Part shown: positions 18,486-29,440 of the stretch, in pieces | Layout: each line of letters starts with the position of its first letter | How positions within the stretch are numbered: the stretch's first letter is position 1 | Assembly: GCA_013139765.1 (NCBI GenBank) | Contig: WTAE01000077.1 | Coordinates: 1-41,566 of the forward strand | Direction of reading: 5' to 3' | Source of the DNA: Sulfurovum sp. | GTDB taxonomy: Bacteria > Campylobacterota > Campylobacteria > Campylobacterales > Sulfurovaceae | Length of the DNA: 41,566 bases | The notes under the pieces: model-generated | Database searches by the model: none | What the model saw: only the letters and a program-made list of their open reading frames with translations | Told to the model about the DNA's origin: nothing | Position numbers and translations under genes: made by a program

Positions 18486-18992
18486 GTTGTTATCAATGAG
18501 TGTCATGGCTTCTTTTATCTCTTTGGCTGACATTTTTCCAAACTTTTTATAGATGAGTTTTCCCTCTTTATCAAAAATCAAAATATCTGAATTGTCATCT
18601 TCCATCTGCCCCATATTCACCAATACTTTCTTTTTATCTTTTACATAAAGGGTATTGGGGAAACGTTTTTGTTTCTCTTTGAGCTTAGACTCAATGACCA
18701 TATCGGGTAACCATGTTGCTTTAAGATTAACAATAGCCACAGTAGCAGCTTTTTTTCTATCTAACTTTCTAGCTTTAAGGGCATTCGCAAAGTCATCATT
18801 TAAATCTTTTTCATCAGGGTCAACATAAAACAGTGCATATAGTTTTCCTTTTAACATAGAAGAGTGCCAAGCAGAGCCATCTAACTTACCACCATTCTCT
18901 CCAGATATCTCAACCCCAACAGGTACAGAACCTACTTCTATCGCCATAGTTGAAGCCGTAGCCAATATTAAACCCAATAATATACTTCTCAT
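18480..18992 (-). CDS. YtfJ-family exported protein
   Basis: Signal peptide, WHSSMLKGK, thioredoxin-like fold without CxxC. Confidence 0.75.
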   Translation of the reverse strand: MRSILLGLILATASTMAIEVGSVPVGVEISGENGGKLDGSAWHSSMLKGKLYALFYVDPDEKDLNDDFANALKARKLDRKKAATVAIVNLKATWLPDMVIESKLKEKQKRFPNTLYVKDKKKVLVNMGQMEDDNSDILIFDKEGKLIYKKFGKMSAKEIKEAMTLIDNNL

Positions 18993-19087
18993 TCTACACT
19001 CCTAATGTACTTTAAATGTTACGTGAATGGTACCATAGTTATGGTATTATCAGAGTATACCTATAGTGTAGAGATGGAGGAGTTCCC

Positions 19088-19606
19088 ATGGATATTAGTA
19101 AAATTGGAGTAGGCGAAAACCCAGATGCGGTAAAAGCGGTTATTGAAGTACCACAAAACTCAAACATCAAATACGAAATTGACAAAGACTCTGGTGCCGT
19201 CATGGTCGATAGAGTACTTTACTCATCTATGCACTACCCTGCTAACTACGGATTTGTTGCGGACACCCTCTCTGATGATGGAGACCCTGCAGATATTCTT
19301 GTCCTCTGTGACTACCCACTGCAAGCAGGTTCAGTCATCATTTGTAGACTTGTGGCTGTACTCATCACCGAAGATGAGTCAGGAGGCGATGAAAAGCTCA
19401 TTGCAGTACCTACAGTGAAAATAGACCCCACGTACGAAAACATCAATGATCTTTCTGACATACCAGAACACACGCTGAACCGTATTAAAAACTTCTTTGA
19501 AACCTACAAAATGCTTGAGCCTAATAAATGGGTAAAAGTAGCAGGATTTAAAGACAAGGCAGCAGCCAAAACCATTTTAGACAAAGCGATTAAAAAATAT
19601 TCATAA
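19088..19606 (+). CDS. ppa: Inorganic pyrophosphatase (family I)
   Basis: KYEIDK, YPANYG, DGDPAD, FFETYK motifs. Confidence 0.96.
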   Translation: MDISKIGVGENPDAVKAVIEVPQNSNIKYEIDKDSGAVMVDRVLYSSMHYPANYGFVADTLSDDGDPADILVLCDYPLQAGSVIICRLVAVLITEDESGGDEKLIAVPTVKIDPTYENINDLSDIPEHTLNRIKNFFETYKMLEPNKWVKVAGFKDKAAAKTILDKAIKKYS

Positions 19607-19618
19607 AGCTTTAGAAAA

Positions 19619-20386
19619 TTAGAGATTAATCTCTTTTTTTCTATTGTCCATATAGTTCCCTACCCCTGTCACTATCCCGTCAACAATCTTCTCTTGATAG
19701 TTTGAAGTGAACAAACGCTCACGCTCTTTTGGGTTGGTGATGTACCCTACTTCTACAAGTATAGAAGGACGAGAAGCCCCAACTAAGATATAAAATGGTG
19801 CAGGTCTTACGCCACCATCTTTAACGCCAGAGTACGAACTTTTTAAGTTTTTAACCATGTTTCTCTGCACATCAATGGCAAGTTTATGTGACTCTATGAT
19901 TTTAGGACCATTGAGTACTGCATCTATAATCACATTTTTACTGAGTGTATCTGTACCTTGGAGTACAGAGGCATTTTCTCTTGCTGCTATACGTTGAGAT
20001 CTGGCATCACGTGTTTTTTGTAAAAAGTACGTCTCCACACCTTCTACTTGAGAAAATTTACTTTTATTGGCAATGGCATTGGCATGAATAGAGATGAATA
20101 CTTTCGCCTCTTTTTTGTCAGCCATACGTGTACGTTGTCCCAACTTCAAGAACTTGTCACTTCCACGTGTCAGATACACGTCAAACCCTTGTGAGCGAAA
20201 CTCTTTATAAAGTTTTTTAGTAATTTGTAGAACCAAATCTTTCTCATATCTGTTTCCTGCTGTGGCGCCAGAGTCATCTCCACCATGCCCTGCATCAATC
20301 ACTACCACCAAGTCAGACCTGTCTACCCCTGGTCCTATACATCCTGTTACAAAAAACAGTGCTGCTACTGCCCATAAAACTTTCAT
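19619..20386 (-). CDS. Lipoprotein N-acetylmuramoyl-L-alanine amidase (Amidase_3, catalytic domain only)
   Basis: Lipobox VTGC; IDAGHGG, EK, SIHAN and LVEVGYITN zinc/catalytic motifs. Confidence 0.92.
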   Translation of the reverse strand: MKVLWAVAALFFVTGCIGPGVDRSDLVVVIDAGHGGDDSGATAGNRYEKDLVLQITKKLYKEFRSQGFDVYLTRGSDKFLKLGQRTRMADKKEAKVFISIHANAIANKSKFSQVEGVETYFLQKTRDARSQRIAARENASVLQGTDTLSKNVIIDAVLNGPKIIESHKLAIDVQRNMVKNLKSSYSGVKDGGVRPAPFYILVGASRPSILVEVGYITNPKERERLFTSNYQEKIVDGIVTGVGNYMDNRKKEINL

Positions 20387-20416
20387 CTTTCCCCCTTAAA
20401 TATTGAAATTCTCTGA

Positions 20417-21637
20417 CTAAAAATCTATCTCTTGTTTACGCTGGTTTAAATAATTGTCTACACCCTCTGCAATACCTCTAGATAGAAGCTTTTGATACGC
20501 TGGCGTAAAGAGTCGTTTACGTTCTTTAGGATGTGAAATATACCCAACTTCCACTAAAATAGAAGGTCTAGAGGCACCCACAAGTACCCAAAAAGGTGCA
20601 TGTCGTACGCCGCCATCTTTGACCCCTTTGTATTTTGATCTTAAATTCGCCATCATACGTCGTTGTACATCAATAGCTAATTTATTAGACTGTACAATTT
20701 TAGGTCCGGTAAGCACAGAGTCAATAATGACATTTTGACTCAATTTAGTGGTGCCTTTCAGTACGGACTTATTTTCTCTTGCAGCAATTCTCTGTGACTT
20801 GGCATCTCTTGTTTTTTGTAAGAAAAAAGTCTCTACACCGTGTATGCGGTGTTGTTTACTTTTAGGCACAGAGTTTGCATGCACAGAGATGAATACCACG
20901 GCATTCTTTTTATCGGCAATTTTTGTGCGTTGTCGTAACTTTAAAAAACGGTCACTTTTTCGTGTCATGTAGACAGGATGTCCCCGTCTTTTTAACTCTG
21001 TTTCTAAACGTTTTGAAATTTGTAAAACCACATCTTTTTCACGTTTCCCAGCACCAACTGCACCAGAGTCATGCCCACCATGTCCCGCATCAATCACAAT
21101 AAGTTCATGTTTGTGGCTATGTTTTTTAGCCTTTGAGTAATAGACTGGGTCTGCTTTTTTTACATTTTTCCCTGTAGACTTAGGCTTTTTACTGACATTC
21201 TTTTTGCTACTATGTCTTTTGGTTACAGGTTTTTTTGTTACGTGCTTTTTTGTAGTACTTTTTGGTAATTTTCCTTTAGGTAAAACAATCTGATACGTTC
21301 TACTTGAAAAAAATGATTGGTATGATTTTCCCTTGTAGCCCTTAGTGCCTCTAATCACGATACGTACGGTATTATGTTTATACTGTGCCATTCTTACATA
21401 CTGACCTAAACCACTTGGAACACCAGAGTGTGCCAAACGTGTGTTTTTTAAGTCATAAATTTCTCTGTAAGGGTTATGTAAAGTAAAGTGTTTGACCTCG
21501 TCAGGTGCAAAGCGTTTTTTAAAAGAAAGGGAGAGTTCTCCATCTTTCACCAGCGCTTTTTGAAGTGTATTGGTCAATGAAAAAAGAAAAGATGTAGAGA
21601 GAAGTAAGAAGAGTAGAATCCTAGTAAATCTTGGCAT
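20417..21637 (-). CDS. amiA: N-acetylmuramoyl-L-alanine amidase AmiA (AMIN domain, Lys-rich linker, Amidase_3)
   Basis: Signal peptide, FTLHNPYREIYDL (AMIN-like), IDAGHGG, SVHAN, LVEVGY; syntenic with Campylobacter amiA. Confidence 0.92.
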   Translation of the reverse strand: MPRFTRILLFLLLSTSFLFSLTNTLQKALVKDGELSLSFKKRFAPDEVKHFTLHNPYREIYDLKNTRLAHSGVPSGLGQYVRMAQYKHNTVRIVIRGTKGYKGKSYQSFFSSRTYQIVLPKGKLPKSTTKKHVTKKPVTKRHSSKKNVSKKPKSTGKNVKKADPVYYSKAKKHSHKHELIVIDAGHGGHDSGAVGAGKREKDVVLQISKRLETELKRRGHPVYMTRKSDRFLKLRQRTKIADKKNAVVFISVHANSVPKSKQHRIHGVETFFLQKTRDAKSQRIAARENKSVLKGTTKLSQNVIIDSVLTGPKIVQSNKLAIDVQRRMMANLRSKYKGVKDGGVRHAPFWVLVGASRPSILVEVGYISHPKERKRLFTPAYQKLLSRGIAEGVDNYLNQRKQEIDF

Positions 21638-21640
21638 GAT

Positions 21641-22744
21641 TTACTTATCTTCTCCATTCATCAATTTATCCATCAACTCTTTGACAGTAATAATCTCTTG
21701 TAAACGGTAACCATTGGCACCCGTAAAGAAAAGACCAGACTCCGCAATACCATCATAGGCATCTGAAAGTCTATCGGCAATACAATAGCCTACAATTTTA
21801 GCTTCTTCACCACGGTTACATGGTGCCACACAGTTAGAAATACACGCCACTTTTGGTGCGGTACCTTTTTCTATGTCTTCGTGTAACTGTGTTTTTACAC
21901 CACGTGCAGGATAACCTACTGGAGATTTAAAGAGTTTAATATCATCTTCTCCAGCTTCTATAATGATATCTTTCATCACTTGAGAAGCATCACACTCCAC
22001 CGTACCAATGAAACGTGTTCCCATCTGTACAGCATCAGCACCAAGTTCCATCATTTTCACAATGTCATCATGGTCCCAAACACCACCTGCAGCAATAATA
22101 GGCATTGAACCCCAATTTTTGGCTTCTTCAACTACTGGTGGTAAGATATTTTCAAGCTGATTCTCTTCCAAGAAACACTCGTCATATTTAAAGCCTTGGT
22201 GTCCACCAGAAAGAGGTCCTTCCACAATAACAGCGTCAGGAAGTTTGTTATGTGTTTTTTTCCAACGTTTACATAAAATACGTAAAGCTTTTGCAGTTGA
22301 GACAATAGGTACAAGTGCCACATCTGGATAATTTTTAGTTGCCTCAGGCATGGTAAGAGGCAGTCCCGCCCCTGTGATAATCATGTCAGCACCAGCTTTA
22401 CAGGCATCTTCTACCACACGGTTGTACTCACTTTGTGCGTAAAGTACATTGGCAGCCAATGGTGCATCTCCACAAATTTCTCTGGCATTATCAAAGATTT
22501 TCTGCAATGCAGTATACGAATAAAAGTTAATCGCATCCAATGGTCTTTCGTCTTTACCTACTGTTTTTTCAACATAAGCTCTGTTTTTATATACCCCAGT
22601 TCCCACAGCAGAGATGACACCAAGTCCACCTTCTTTTGAAACCGTTCCCGCAAGTTGATCCCAGGAAATACCTACACCCATTCCACCTTGTACAATAGGT
22701 TTTTCAATGGTGTATTTTCCAATTTTAAAAGATTTAAATTCCAT
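21641..22744 (-). CDS. fabX: Nitronate-monooxygenase-family flavoprotein, probable FabX dehydrogenase/isomerase
   Basis: PIVQGGMGVG, EGPLSGGHQG, C-terminal CISNCVAPC..CI Fe-S ligands; sits between tyrS and amiA as HP0773/Cj1270c does. Confidence 0.8.
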   Translation of the reverse strand: MEFKSFKIGKYTIEKPIVQGGMGVGISWDQLAGTVSKEGGLGVISAVGTGVYKNRAYVEKTVGKDERPLDAINFYSYTALQKIFDNAREICGDAPLAANVLYAQSEYNRVVEDACKAGADMIITGAGLPLTMPEATKNYPDVALVPIVSTAKALRILCKRWKKTHNKLPDAVIVEGPLSGGHQGFKYDECFLEENQLENILPPVVEEAKNWGSMPIIAAGGVWDHDDIVKMMELGADAVQMGTRFIGTVECDASQVMKDIIIEAGEDDIKLFKSPVGYPARGVKTQLHEDIEKGTAPKVACISNCVAPCNRGEEAKIVGYCIADRLSDAYDGIAESGLFFTGANGYRLQEIITVKELMDKLMNGEDK

Positions 22745-23943
22745 TACTTTACCTTCACTTTTGCAAATCTCTTTTTCCCTACTTGCAAAATATATTCGCC
22801 AATTTCCAAATTGAGTTTATCATCAGAAATCTTTTCTTGGCTAACGCTTACAGCATTTTGCTTAATGTCACGTCTTGCTTGAGAAGTAGATGGTTCAAGT
22901 CCAGCATCTAATAATGCTTGACAAATCCAAATCCCCTCTTGCATTTCAAACTCAGGCATCTCCGTAGGGATGTTCTTTGCCTTAAATACAGAGTTAAACT
23001 CTTCTTTTGCTAGTGTAGCCAACTCTTCATTATAAAACCTTGTGGTTATCTCAAGAGCGAGGTTTTCTTTGGCTGTTTTAGGGTGTACTGTACGAGTTGA
23101 AACATCCTCCTTGAGTTGTGCGATGTCAGACAAAGACATTTCACTCAAGAGTTCATAATAACGCCACATCAATTCATCTGAAATTGAAAGTACTTTTCCG
23201 TAAATATCTTTAGGCTCTTCCGTCACACCAATATAGTTTCCTAAAGATTTTGACATCTTATTCACCCCGTCAAGACCTTCTAGAATTGGCATCATGAGTA
23301 CTGCTTGTTGTTTTTTAACTTCATAGGCCTTTTGAAGCTGTCTTCCCATAAGCAAGTTAAACTTTTGGTCAGTTCCACCTAACTCAATGTCTGATTTGAG
23401 GTGTACTGAGTCATACCCTTGTAGTAATGGGTACATAAATTCACTCACAGCAATAGGTGTTTGTGAAGCATAACGTTTAGAAAAATCATCACGCTCTAAC
23501 ATTCTAGCTACTGTTAAGTTTGATGCCAGTTGTAACATTCCAGCTGCACCCAAAGATTCTAACCAATCATTGTTATAGACAATGTCAGTTTTAGATGAGT
23601 CTAAAATTTTAAAGGCTTGCTCTGTATACGAAGTAATATTTTTAACAATATCTTCTTTGGTTAAGACTTTTCTCGTGGCACTTTTTCCTGTCGGGTCACC
23701 AATCATTGCAGTAAAATCACCAATCAAAAATTGTACACGTCCCCCAAATTTTTGGAAGGTAGCAAGTTTCTGTAAAAGTACAGTATGTCCAAGGTGCAAG
23801 TCTGGCGCTGTAGGGTCAAACCCTGCTTTTACCGTATATGTAGTCCCATCATCATAATACTTTGTCAGAAGCTTTTCTATGCGCTCCATGTCTATGATTT
23901 CTGCTGTACCTCTTGCTATCTCTTTTAGTGCTTCTTGTATCAT
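22744..23943 (-). CDS. tyrS: Tyrosine--tRNA ligase
   Basis: GFDPTAPDLHLGH, KMSKS, C-terminal S4 domain. Confidence 0.97.
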   Translation of the reverse strand: MIQEALKEIARGTAEIIDMERIEKLLTKYYDDGTTYTVKAGFDPTAPDLHLGHTVLLQKLATFQKFGGRVQFLIGDFTAMIGDPTGKSATRKVLTKEDIVKNITSYTEQAFKILDSSKTDIVYNNDWLESLGAAGMLQLASNLTVARMLERDDFSKRYASQTPIAVSEFMYPLLQGYDSVHLKSDIELGGTDQKFNLLMGRQLQKAYEVKKQQAVLMMPILEGLDGVNKMSKSLGNYIGVTEEPKDIYGKVLSISDELMWRYYELLSEMSLSDIAQLKEDVSTRTVHPKTAKENLALEITTRFYNEELATLAKEEFNSVFKAKNIPTEMPEFEMQEGIWICQALLDAGLEPSTSQARRDIKQNAVSVSQEKISDDKLNLEIGEYILQVGKKRFAKVKVK

Positions 23944-23957
23944 TTTAACCTGTTCCT

Positions 23958-26111
23958 CTATTTATTGTACGCATCGTCTAAACTTATGATTTCAATCAGT
24001 TTAAACTTTTGCCCTATTTTATCTGCTAAAGCTTGTTTTTTAGACTCAGCACTTTCTACTTCAATTTGACAATACTCTGCCTGTTCTGAACTTCGAATCC
24101 CTAGCTCTATACTCAAAATATTGAGGTCAAGATCTGTCAGTTTTGCCAGTAAGTCAGCCAACATACCTTTTTGGTTTTGTAGACTAATAATCAGTCTATA
24201 ACGTGAATGCTTTGAGCCTGACCAAGAGACAAATATCATTGGTTCTTGCTCCAAGATTTTCGCATAGGCTTTCTTACACAATTTATGGTGTATAATAGCC
24301 TTTGTACCCTTATAAAACGCAACAATTTGGTCCCCAACTTTAGGATGACAGCAGTAATCAAACTCTATACCATCTAAAGGTTTATTGGTGAAAAATTGTA
24401 ACTGTTCCAAAGCTTTTATTTTGGGTGGTTTATACCCTTTTTTAAGCAATTCCCAAAAACGTACCTCTTTGGTTCCCAAATAGTCAGCCACTTGGTGAAT
24501 CGCCTCTTTATAATAGTCTAACTGTATGGGTAATTTGAACAAAGTATCTTCTAAACCTAGTTTAATCATGAGCTTTTCCACATCTTCATTTTTTTGTGCA
24601 AAAAGTGTTGCAATAATGCTATATGCAGAAAGTGTATCTGACTCTTTAATACGTGCTCTACATGCAGAACGTATGCCATCTTGGGCTTTAGATGTCTTGA
24701 CAGTATCCAACCAAGAACAGTACAAATGAGGCTCATCATCTTTCATAATCTTCACAATGTCACCATTTTTCAAGATAGATAAAAGAGATGTTTTTTGTTT
24801 ATTGACCAGTGCTTCTAGTGCATTTGCGCCCACTTCAGAGTGAATGGCATAGGCAAAGTCTAGTGCTACAGAGCCTTTTGGCAAGGTATAAAAGTCCCCT
24901 TTGGGAGAAAATACCGTAATGTCTTCAGAAAAAAGATCAGACTTAGCCAATTCATAAAACTCTTCAACCGATTCATTTTGATAATGCAAACTCTCCAACC
25001 ATGTCAAGTTTACGGCATTGTCTCCACCTTTGTACTTCCAGTGTGCAGCAACCCCATACTCGGCCAGTTGGTGCATCTCTTCTGTACGAATTTGTGCTTC
25101 AACAATACCTTCTTCGTTAAAAAGTGTGGTGTGAATGGTTTTATAACCATTCTCTTTAGGTACAGATATATAATCTTTAAAGCGTGAAATAAGTGGTGTA
25201 AACCCTAAGTGCATTAGCCCCAAAACACGGTAGCAAGCAATAGGGTCTTTCACAATAATACGAATGGCAAGTAGATCTAACACTTCTTCAATACTCACAC
25301 CTTTACGGTGCATTTTCATGTAAATTGAGTAGTAGTGTTTTACCCTACCTAAAATTTCAAATTCATCTTTTTGGAAACCATCTTTTTCTATGGTATCTCT
25401 TACCTTCTGAATAAAAGCATTAAGTTTAAATTGTAAGTTTTGGGCGTTAGATTGTATATAGTCATCGATTTTTTTATAATCATCAGGGTAAATATAACGA
25501 AAACTCAAATCTTCCAAATGGTTTTTAAGTCTTGAAATCCCTAGTCTATGGGCAATAGGTGCGTACACCACCAGTGTCTCTTCTGCGATGCGTTTCTTCT
25601 TCTCTTGGGAAAGGGCCTCTAAAGTCAACATATTGTGAAGTCTGTCACAAAGTTTAATGACCAACACACGCACATCTTTAATAGATGCCACAAGCATTTT
25701 TCTAAAAGTAAGCGCAGAGTGTATGAGTCTTTCATCTGAACCAGAAGGCACAAGTTCTTCATCACGTATCTCTACGATTTTGGTTAACCCCTCAACCATG
25801 TGTGCCACATCATCACCAAAAATGGCTTCTAACTCCTCTATGGTAAAACTTGTGTCTTCAACCACATCGTGTAGAAGTGCAGCTTGCACCATCATTTCAT
25901 CGTTAGAGATTTTAGCGGTAATGGCTGCCACAAGTATGGGATGTACAATGTAGGGTTCTCCACTCTTACGTGTTTGTCCATCATGGGCTGTAAGAGAGAG
26001 TTCAAGTGCCTTAAGTGTTTCAGGCTGAGGAGAGGGAACGAGTTCCCAAAGAAGGGCTTTTGCCTCTTCTATCGTATGTATGTCTTTAGCTTTATTAAGA
26101 AAAGCCTCCAA
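23958..26111 (-). CDS. spoT: Bifunctional (p)ppGpp synthetase/hydrolase
   Basis: RKSGEPYIVHP, HDVVED (intact hydrolase), KENGY, EAQIRT, TGS and ACT domains. Confidence 0.96.
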   Translation of the reverse strand: MEAFLNKAKDIHTIEEAKALLWELVPSPQPETLKALELSLTAHDGQTRKSGEPYIVHPILVAAITAKISNDEMMVQAALLHDVVEDTSFTIEELEAIFGDDVAHMVEGLTKIVEIRDEELVPSGSDERLIHSALTFRKMLVASIKDVRVLVIKLCDRLHNMLTLEALSQEKKKRIAEETLVVYAPIAHRLGISRLKNHLEDLSFRYIYPDDYKKIDDYIQSNAQNLQFKLNAFIQKVRDTIEKDGFQKDEFEILGRVKHYYSIYMKMHRKGVSIEEVLDLLAIRIIVKDPIACYRVLGLMHLGFTPLISRFKDYISVPKENGYKTIHTTLFNEEGIVEAQIRTEEMHQLAEYGVAAHWKYKGGDNAVNLTWLESLHYQNESVEEFYELAKSDLFSEDITVFSPKGDFYTLPKGSVALDFAYAIHSEVGANALEALVNKQKTSLLSILKNGDIVKIMKDDEPHLYCSWLDTVKTSKAQDGIRSACRARIKESDTLSAYSIIATLFAQKNEDVEKLMIKLGLEDTLFKLPIQLDYYKEAIHQVADYLGTKEVRFWELLKKGYKPPKIKALEQLQFFTNKPLDGIEFDYCCHPKVGDQIVAFYKGTKAIIHHKLCKKAYAKILEQEPMIFVSWSGSKHSRYRLIISLQNQKGMLADLLAKLTDLDLNILSIELGIRSSEQAEYCQIEVESAESKKQALADKIGQKFKLIEIISLDDAYNK

Positions 26112-26116
26112 AGGAT

Positions 26117-26323
26117 TTAACCTTCTAAACTTACTGTGATTTTACCTTCAGCAATTTCTTGCAATGCAATATCTGCAAATTTCATATCACTGGTATCAAT
26201 ATCTAAGACTGATGCTGCACCATTGGCAATGGCTTCTGCTCTTTTACCTACGGCGTTTGCAAGAAGGTACTTGTCAAAATCTACTTTTTCTAGTGCTAAT
26301 GCTGTTAATTGTTCTGTTCTCAT
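26117..26323 (-). CDS. rpoZ: RNA polymerase omega subunit
   Basis: KYLLANAVGKRA and ALQEIAEGKI motifs; pyrH-rpoZ-spoT synteny. Confidence 0.93.
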   Translation of the reverse strand: MRTEQLTALALEKVDFDKYLLANAVGKRAEAIANGAASVLDIDTSDMKFADIALQEIAEGKITVSLEG

Positions 26324-26353
26324 ACTGTTTCCTTTAAAATGTGTTTAGTCGGG

Positions 26354-27070
<717 letters not shown>

Positions 27071-27127
27071 TTATAGTTTTGTACGCTGTAGCGATACATG
27101 AAACATGCCTACAGTTATATATTCGCG

Positions 27128-27133
27128 ATTATA
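27128..27133 (-). promoter_or_regulatory. -10 element of the pyrH-rpoZ-spoT-tyrS-fabX-amiA operon
   Basis: gaTATAATcgcgaat, same context as the leuD promoter. Confidence 0.65.
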
Positions 27134-27179
27134 TCTTAAAGTTGGTTAGGAGGGGGTTAAGTGTGTAAAATGAGGGGAA

Positions 27180-27208
27180 ATAAAACTACCTCAAAAAGGT
27201 AGTTTTAT
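27180..27208 (-). terminator. Intrinsic terminator after rpmA
   Basis: ATAAAACTACCT-N5-AGGTAGTTTTAT, 12-bp stem with a T-rich 3' side. Confidence 0.8.
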
Positions 27209-27220
27209 GGTTGTTGCTTA

Positions 27221-27475
27221 TTAAGCAGGTACTACTGAAACTTTCTTTTGAGTCGATGATCTGTTATCAAACTTTACAACGCCTTCAATAAGTGCAAAAA
27301 TTGTGTGGTCTTTACCCATACCAACACCATTTCCTGGGTGAACTTTAGTTCCTCTTTGTCTGATGATAATGTTACCTGGGATAACTGCTTCACCACCAAA
27401 TTTCTTAACGCCTAAACGACGTCCAGCTGAATCACGGTTATTCTGAGTAGATCCTTGACCTTTCTTATGTGCCAT
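27221..27475 (-). CDS. rpmA: 50S ribosomal protein L27
   Basis: [16 protein letters not shown]. Confidence 0.98.
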   Translation of the reverse strand: MAHKKGQGSTQNNRDSAGRRLGVKKFGGEAVIPGNIIIRQRGTKVHPGNGVGMGKDHTIFALIEGVVKFDNRSSTQKKVSVVPA

Positions 27476-27544
27476 AGTGTGCTCCTTCTAAATTTTAATT
27501 TTTCTTCTTGAAAATTGTTAAAAACAATCTTTCAATAACCAAGC

Positions 27545-27850
27545 TTACGCTATTTTAGTAATTCTTACTCTTGTAAAGCTTCTTCTGAAACCTCTTTTGA
27601 GTTTTGAATCTTTTCTTCTTCTCTTTTTGAAGATGATAACTTTTTTATCTCTTCCTTCATTGATTACTTCGCCTTTAACTACTGCACCCTCTACGAATGG
27701 AGTACCTACAGTTAAGTCACCGTTATCTAATGCTAGAACTTCTTTGAATTCTACTGCTGCTTTTGGCTCAAGACCCATGTTGTCAAAACAGATGATATCA
27801 CCCTCTTGAACTTTGAATTGTTGACCACTTGCTTTAATGATTGCGTACAT
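27545..27850 (-). CDS. rplU: 50S ribosomal protein L21
   Basis: [14 protein letters not shown]; start set at ATG 27850; -10 element at 27891-27896. Confidence 0.97.
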   Translation of the reverse strand: MYAIIKASGQQFKVQEGDIICFDNMGLEPKAAVEFKEVLALDNGDLTVGTPFVEGAVVKGEVINEGRDKKVIIFKKRRRKDSKLKRGFRRSFTRVRITKIA

Positions 27851-27952
27851 TGCAAACCCTTTGTATCTATTGTTTTTTAAAAAGTTCGAGATTATACCCA
27901 AAATATATTTAAATTAATTTGAAAGTAAATCTTTCACTGCAATATTTTTCTC

Positions 27953-28342
27953 TTAATAGTTATAATCTGCGCCTGCAATGGCGATACATTCTACTTCAAC
28001 GAGTGCATTTTTAGGCAAAGTTTTTACTGCAATGGTTGACCTAGCTGGCTTGTGTGTACCAAAATAGTGCGCATAGACTTTATTGACCGTATCGAAGTCA
28101 TTCATGTCTGCTAAATAAATAGTGGTCTTAATCACATCATTAAAATGCGCGCTTGCAGCTTCAAGCACATAAAAAAGATTTTTCATCACTTGATGTGTTT
28201 GCTCTTCTACCCCTCTTGTCTCCATGCTACCATCTGGCTTTAAAGCAATTTGACCTGAAGTATAAATAAGTCCATTGGCTTCAATTGCTTGTGAATAAGG
28301 CCCTATGGCCTGTGGTGCTTCTTTTGTTGATATAAACTTCAT
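27953..28342 (-). CDS. ridA: RidA/YjgF-family enamine deaminase
   Basis: APQAIGPYSQA, SGQI, PARS, LPKNALVEVE; start at ATG 28342 by RBS spacing. Confidence 0.93.
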   Translation of the reverse strand: MKFISTKEAPQAIGPYSQAIEANGLIYTSGQIALKPDGSMETRGVEEQTHQVMKNLFYVLEAASAHFNDVIKTTIYLADMNDFDTVNKVYAHYFGTHKPARSTIAVKTLPKNALVEVECIAIAGADYNY

Positions 28343-28354
28343 CTTCAATCCTTT

Positions 28355-28702
28355 TTAATTGGTATTTCTTTCATAAAATATGTATGACGTAGAGTAATCA
28401 GAAAATTCAAAATATACTTTTACTTCTTCTTTGTCTCTTTTAAAGTTAAAATTAACATCATCATAGCCATAGCCATAACGGTAAGGTCTCATCACATCAT
28501 CATTACTTCCGTACGCTGTAGAGAGCTTGTCTATCTTTATAAAACGGTGTACCAGTTTGTCACCTGCATAAATGTCTAAAACACCATTGGTCCCAGTCCA
28601 GTTTTGTAAAGAACGGCTCAAAGAGTTTTGTGTCTCTTGTGTACACCCTGCAAAGAAGAAGAGTGTAGAGAGCAAAAGTCCAGAGAGTAATTTAAATTTC
28701 AT
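28355..28702 (-). CDS. Hypothetical lipoprotein
   Basis: Lipobox FAGC; AAGGA RBS. Confidence 0.8.
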   Translation of the reverse strand: MKFKLLSGLLLSTLFFFAGCTQETQNSLSRSLQNWTGTNGVLDIYAGDKLVHRFIKIDKLSTAYGSNDDVMRPYRYGYGYDDVNFNFKRDKEEVKVYFEFSDYSTSYIFYERNTN

Positions 28703-28765
28703 AGTATTCCTTTTTCTTATTTTATCACTATTCTTTTAGAAAGCTCTGAATAATCTAAGAATTTT

Positions 28766-29440
28766 TTAAGCTTTAGGCATGCCAAATTTTTGGGTAATAA
28801 GCTCACCCTCATCATTGAAGTAGAGATAATACAATTTATCTTTCACCACAGAGAGTCCTGCCAAATAACGTAATGCAAGATTCGCCTGTAAAGAGCCAAT
28901 GTGCATTACAATAGGTGCAGCAATCCCACCTGGTTTGTGGTCAGAAATGTTAAACACTTGAAAGTTTGCTTCTTCAAAAAAACACACTTGTCCGTTAAAC
29001 TCTTCTACTGAAGCATAAATCCATGGTGTTTTTGTGGCTTTTGCATTGGCATCTATAGCAGAACGTACCGGCAAGTTATCTGTCGCATCTAAAATCAAAT
29101 CATAGCTGTTACCCATCTCTTTAAATTCATCAAAGCTCATGTCAAAAGCGACTGCTTTAACAAAAGGATTTTTAGACTCTATGACTTGGCAGACTGCTTT
29201 AGACTTACTTTTACCTTCGTCTTCTAAGGTAAAAGCAATTTGTCTATGTATGTTATGTGAAGAGACTGTGTCAAAGTCTACCATGTGAATTTCGCCAATA
29301 CCTGAAGTACCCAAAGCCATTGCAAGGGTACAACCCAAACCACCAGAACCAATAACAGCAATCTTTTTCTTTTGTAGACTTTGTTGTACGTTTGAACCCC
29401 AAAGTTGTATCTGTCTGTTAAAATATTCTTCTTGTGTCAT
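28766..29440 (-). CDS. ThiF/MoeB-family adenylyltransferase
   Basis: FNRQI, GSGGLG, DFDTVSSHNIHRQ, DATDN. Confidence 0.9.
   Translation of the reverse strand: MTQEEYFNRQIQLWGSNVQQSLQKKKIAVIGSGGLGCTLAMALGTSGIGEIHMVDFDTVSSHNIHRQIAFTLEDEGKSKSKAVCQVIESKNPFVKAVAFDMSFDEFKEMGNSYDLILDATDNLPVRSAIDANAKATKTPWIYASVEEFNGQVCFFEEANFQVFNISDHKPGGIAAPIVMHIGSLQANLALRYLAGLSVVKDKLYYLYFNDEGELITQKFGMPKA

Noticed and set aside
19027-19049. Palindrome TACCATA-GT-TATGGTA between the ytfJ-like gene and ppa
   Set aside because: Could arise simply from overlapping divergent -10 elements; no second instance supports an operator.
21130-21275. Lys-rich quasi-repeats in amiA (and the Ala/Glu/Asp run in rpoD near 3010-3080)
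   Set aside because: Ordinary low-complexity interdomain linkers.
28766-29440. ThiF-like gene as part of a ubiquitin-like or defence system
   Set aside because: No E2, JAB, CD-NTase or Ubl neighbours; it lies in a housekeeping operon.
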